NCBI RefSeq assembly: GCF_001426085.1
Contig: NZ_LMRR01000017.1
Location: 4,695 to 28,694 of the forward strand
Source: Rhodococcus sp. Leaf278
GTDB lineage: Bacteria; Actinomycetota; Actinomycetes; Mycobacteriales; Mycobacteriaceae
DNA length: 24,000 nucleotides
Direction: 5' to 3'
The position numbers and the translations under genes were made by a program. Shown piece by piece: positions 22,712 to 24,000 of this stretch. Below the pieces are notes generated by a model. It saw only the letters and a list, made by a program, of their open reading frames with translations. It did no database searches and was not told where the DNA came from. Every line of letters begins with the position of its first letter. Within the stretch, counting starts at the first letter, position 1.

Positions 22712-23821
22712 TCACCGTTGCTGCTCGCTCCCGAGCTCGAAGTCCGCGCGTCCGTAACTCACACCGTTGATCTGGAGCTCGATCGCGTGGGGGCCGGGGT
22801 AGTACTTGCGTGTGGTCAACGCCTTGAACGAATGTCGCCGACGCACATCGACGCTCTCGCCGGGCGCAATCGTTGTTGTCCTCAGCTTGAACGTTTTTCC
22901 GGTCATCCGACCGTTGGCCTTCGTGTGATGAACGATGTAGTCGATCACGACCTGTGCGGGTTCGAGGCCCAGGTTGCGGATCGAGGCTGTGAATTCGAGG
23001 CTTCCCCCGATGAGTAGTTTCGGAACGTCGAGGGCCGGGCCCGTCACTGCCAGTTCGGCCGGCGCAAACCCCAGTAGCGCAAGCGCATCGATGTTTCCCT
23101 TCTTGATTACCGTCCGCAGCGCCTGCCGAACGAGCCGGCCGGTGTTCGCATCCGGGTCGTCGAGCCATCGTGCTGCGGCCCCGACGACGACGTCCGGGAC
23201 ATCTCGACTGAAATCGTTGAGATGGTTGGCAACCGAACGCCGAACGTAGTCACTGTCGTCGCGGTACAGCCGGTCCAGAATCGGCACCGTGCTCCCCGGA
23301 CGCGCAAGTATCTCCGGGACACGCACTGCCCACGGCAGATACGGGCGGGTCCCTTCCGACGCCAGACGGCGGACGTGCTCGTCCGGTGACTGCGTCCAGT
23401 CGAGCGCGATGGCGAGAGCACGATCCAGATCGGCTCGAAGGAAAGTGCGGATGGCGAATTCCGAGCTGAGTCGGCCGGTGAGCTCGGCGAGCAACGACAT
23501 CCCGTCGTCGAACGCGGTCGTGGTGTTCTCCTCGACGGCCTTCGCTGCGACAGCGCTCGTGACCGGCCAGACCAACCAGCCCTGGAAGTCCGGGTCCGTG
23601 GCTGCCCGTCGGATGATGCCGGCGAAGTGGACGTAGTTGCCCGGCAGTCCGGTCAGGAGCGCATCACGCAGAAGATCGGCGCGCGCTCGAAGCGCGAGTG
23701 GGCCCAGAAGACCTGACGCGGCGTCGAGTGACGACAGATCAGCGCTCGGTGCGGCGGTGCGAACGGTCCGATACAGCGCGCGAGCGGTGTCCGGTCCGAT
23801 GAGTTCGTCGGCGAAGGGCAT
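22712..23821 (-). CDS. DNA alkylation repair protein (HEAT-like-repeat glycosylase family, AlkC/AlkD-like) with a beta-rich C-terminal domain
   Basis: PDEHVRRLASEGTRPYLPWAVRV and DSDYVRRSVANHLNDFSRD match my recollection of the DNA_alkylation family. The last ~120 aa have an alternating beta-strand pattern consistent with the Ig-like domain described for AlkC. Confidence 0.7.
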   Translation of the reverse strand: MPFADELIGPDTARALYRTVRTAAPSADLSSLDAASGLLGPLALRARADLLRDALLTGLPGNYVHFAGIIRRAATDPDFQGWLVWPVTSAVAAKAVEENTTTAFDDGMSLLAELTGRLSSEFAIRTFLRADLDRALAIALDWTQSPDEHVRRLASEGTRPYLPWAVRVPEILARPGSTVPILDRLYRDDSDYVRRSVANHLNDFSRDVPDVVVGAAARWLDDPDANTGRLVRQALRTVIKKGNIDALALLGFAPAELAVTGPALDVPKLLIGGSLEFTASIRNLGLEPAQVVIDYIVHHTKANGRMTGKTFKLRTTTIAPGESVDVRRRHSFKALTTRKYYPGPHAIELQINGVSYGRADFELGSEQQR

Positions 23822-24000
23822 GAGAGGTTCTTACTCCACGTGCTGTTGATCCCCGAACGCCGCAGGGTTGGGCAGGAAGTACAGTCCGCAACGTGTCGGT
23901 TGTACTGAAACTCCGCGATCGGTCGTGGCCGTGGTCGGCGCTGTTCTGGTGCACGGTTCCGGTGTCGCTGTACGGTTCGCTGTTTGCCATGACTGGCGAG

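Noticed and set aside
23739-23990. 83-aa minus-strand ORF at the window end
   Set aside because: It overlaps the 5' end of the AlkC-like gene out of frame. Its sequence is low-complexity and Arg/Ser/Thr/His-rich with no motifs. The region 23822-24000 is more likely promoter or intergenic.
3677-24000. Possible tRNA-Thr-anchored genomic island carrying the accessory operons
   Set aside because: No integrase, excisionase or transposase gene is present. I found no direct repeat of the tRNA 3' end downstream. I also saw no obvious compositional break. The accessory character is real, but mobility is unsupported.
1-24000. Phage-defence or other conflict systems (restriction-modification, CBASS, retron, toxin-antitoxin, CRISPR-Cas)
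   Set aside because: No nuclease, helicase, methyltransferase, reverse transcriptase, cyclase or small paired toxin-antitoxin ORFs are recognisable. All substantial ORFs are accounted for by housekeeping, transport, metabolic or regulatory families.

Overview
High-GC actinobacterial chromosome segment, probably Mycobacteriales (Rhodococcus/Nocardia-like). That assignment is inferred only from gene content and TopA architecture. The first ~3.8 kb is housekeeping: the 3' part of topA, holB (DNA pol III delta-prime), and tRNA-Thr(CGU) followed by a strong intrinsic terminator. An MDR-type oxidoreductase gene follows. The centre of the window (6.07-17.8 kb) is the most interesting part. A divergent PucR-family regulator faces a tightly packed nine-gene plus-strand operon. 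Its genes are: (i) an 897-aa three-module fusion of a hydroxylysine-kinase-like APH kinase, a degenerate M23/LytM-like barrel and a class-III aminotransferase-like domain whose Schiff-base lysine is replaced by Arg; (ii) a CUT2 (sugar-type) ABC importer with a tandem-NBD ATPase, two permeases and a lipoprotein binding protein; (iii) PxpA/PxpB/PxpC-like ATP-dependent lactamase subunits; (iv) an intact AGXT2L-like (phospho-lyase-type) PLP enzyme. I do not recognise this combination as a characterised pathway. I propose it as a candidate import, lactam-opening, phosphorylation and PLP-dependent elimination route for a sugar-like amino-alcohol or lactam. The last 6 kb carries a minus-strand SDR / ACAD10-LvaA-type APH kinase / alpha-beta hydrolase / IclR group. 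It also carries a divergent AraC regulator preceded by a 15-bp direct repeat with 21-bp phasing, and an AlkC/AlkD-like DNA alkylation repair gene. I found no CRISPR array, integrase, transposase, toxin-antitoxin pair or recognisable defence system. Many long ORFs in the six-frame track are GC-driven shadow ORFs or 5'-overextended versions of real genes.
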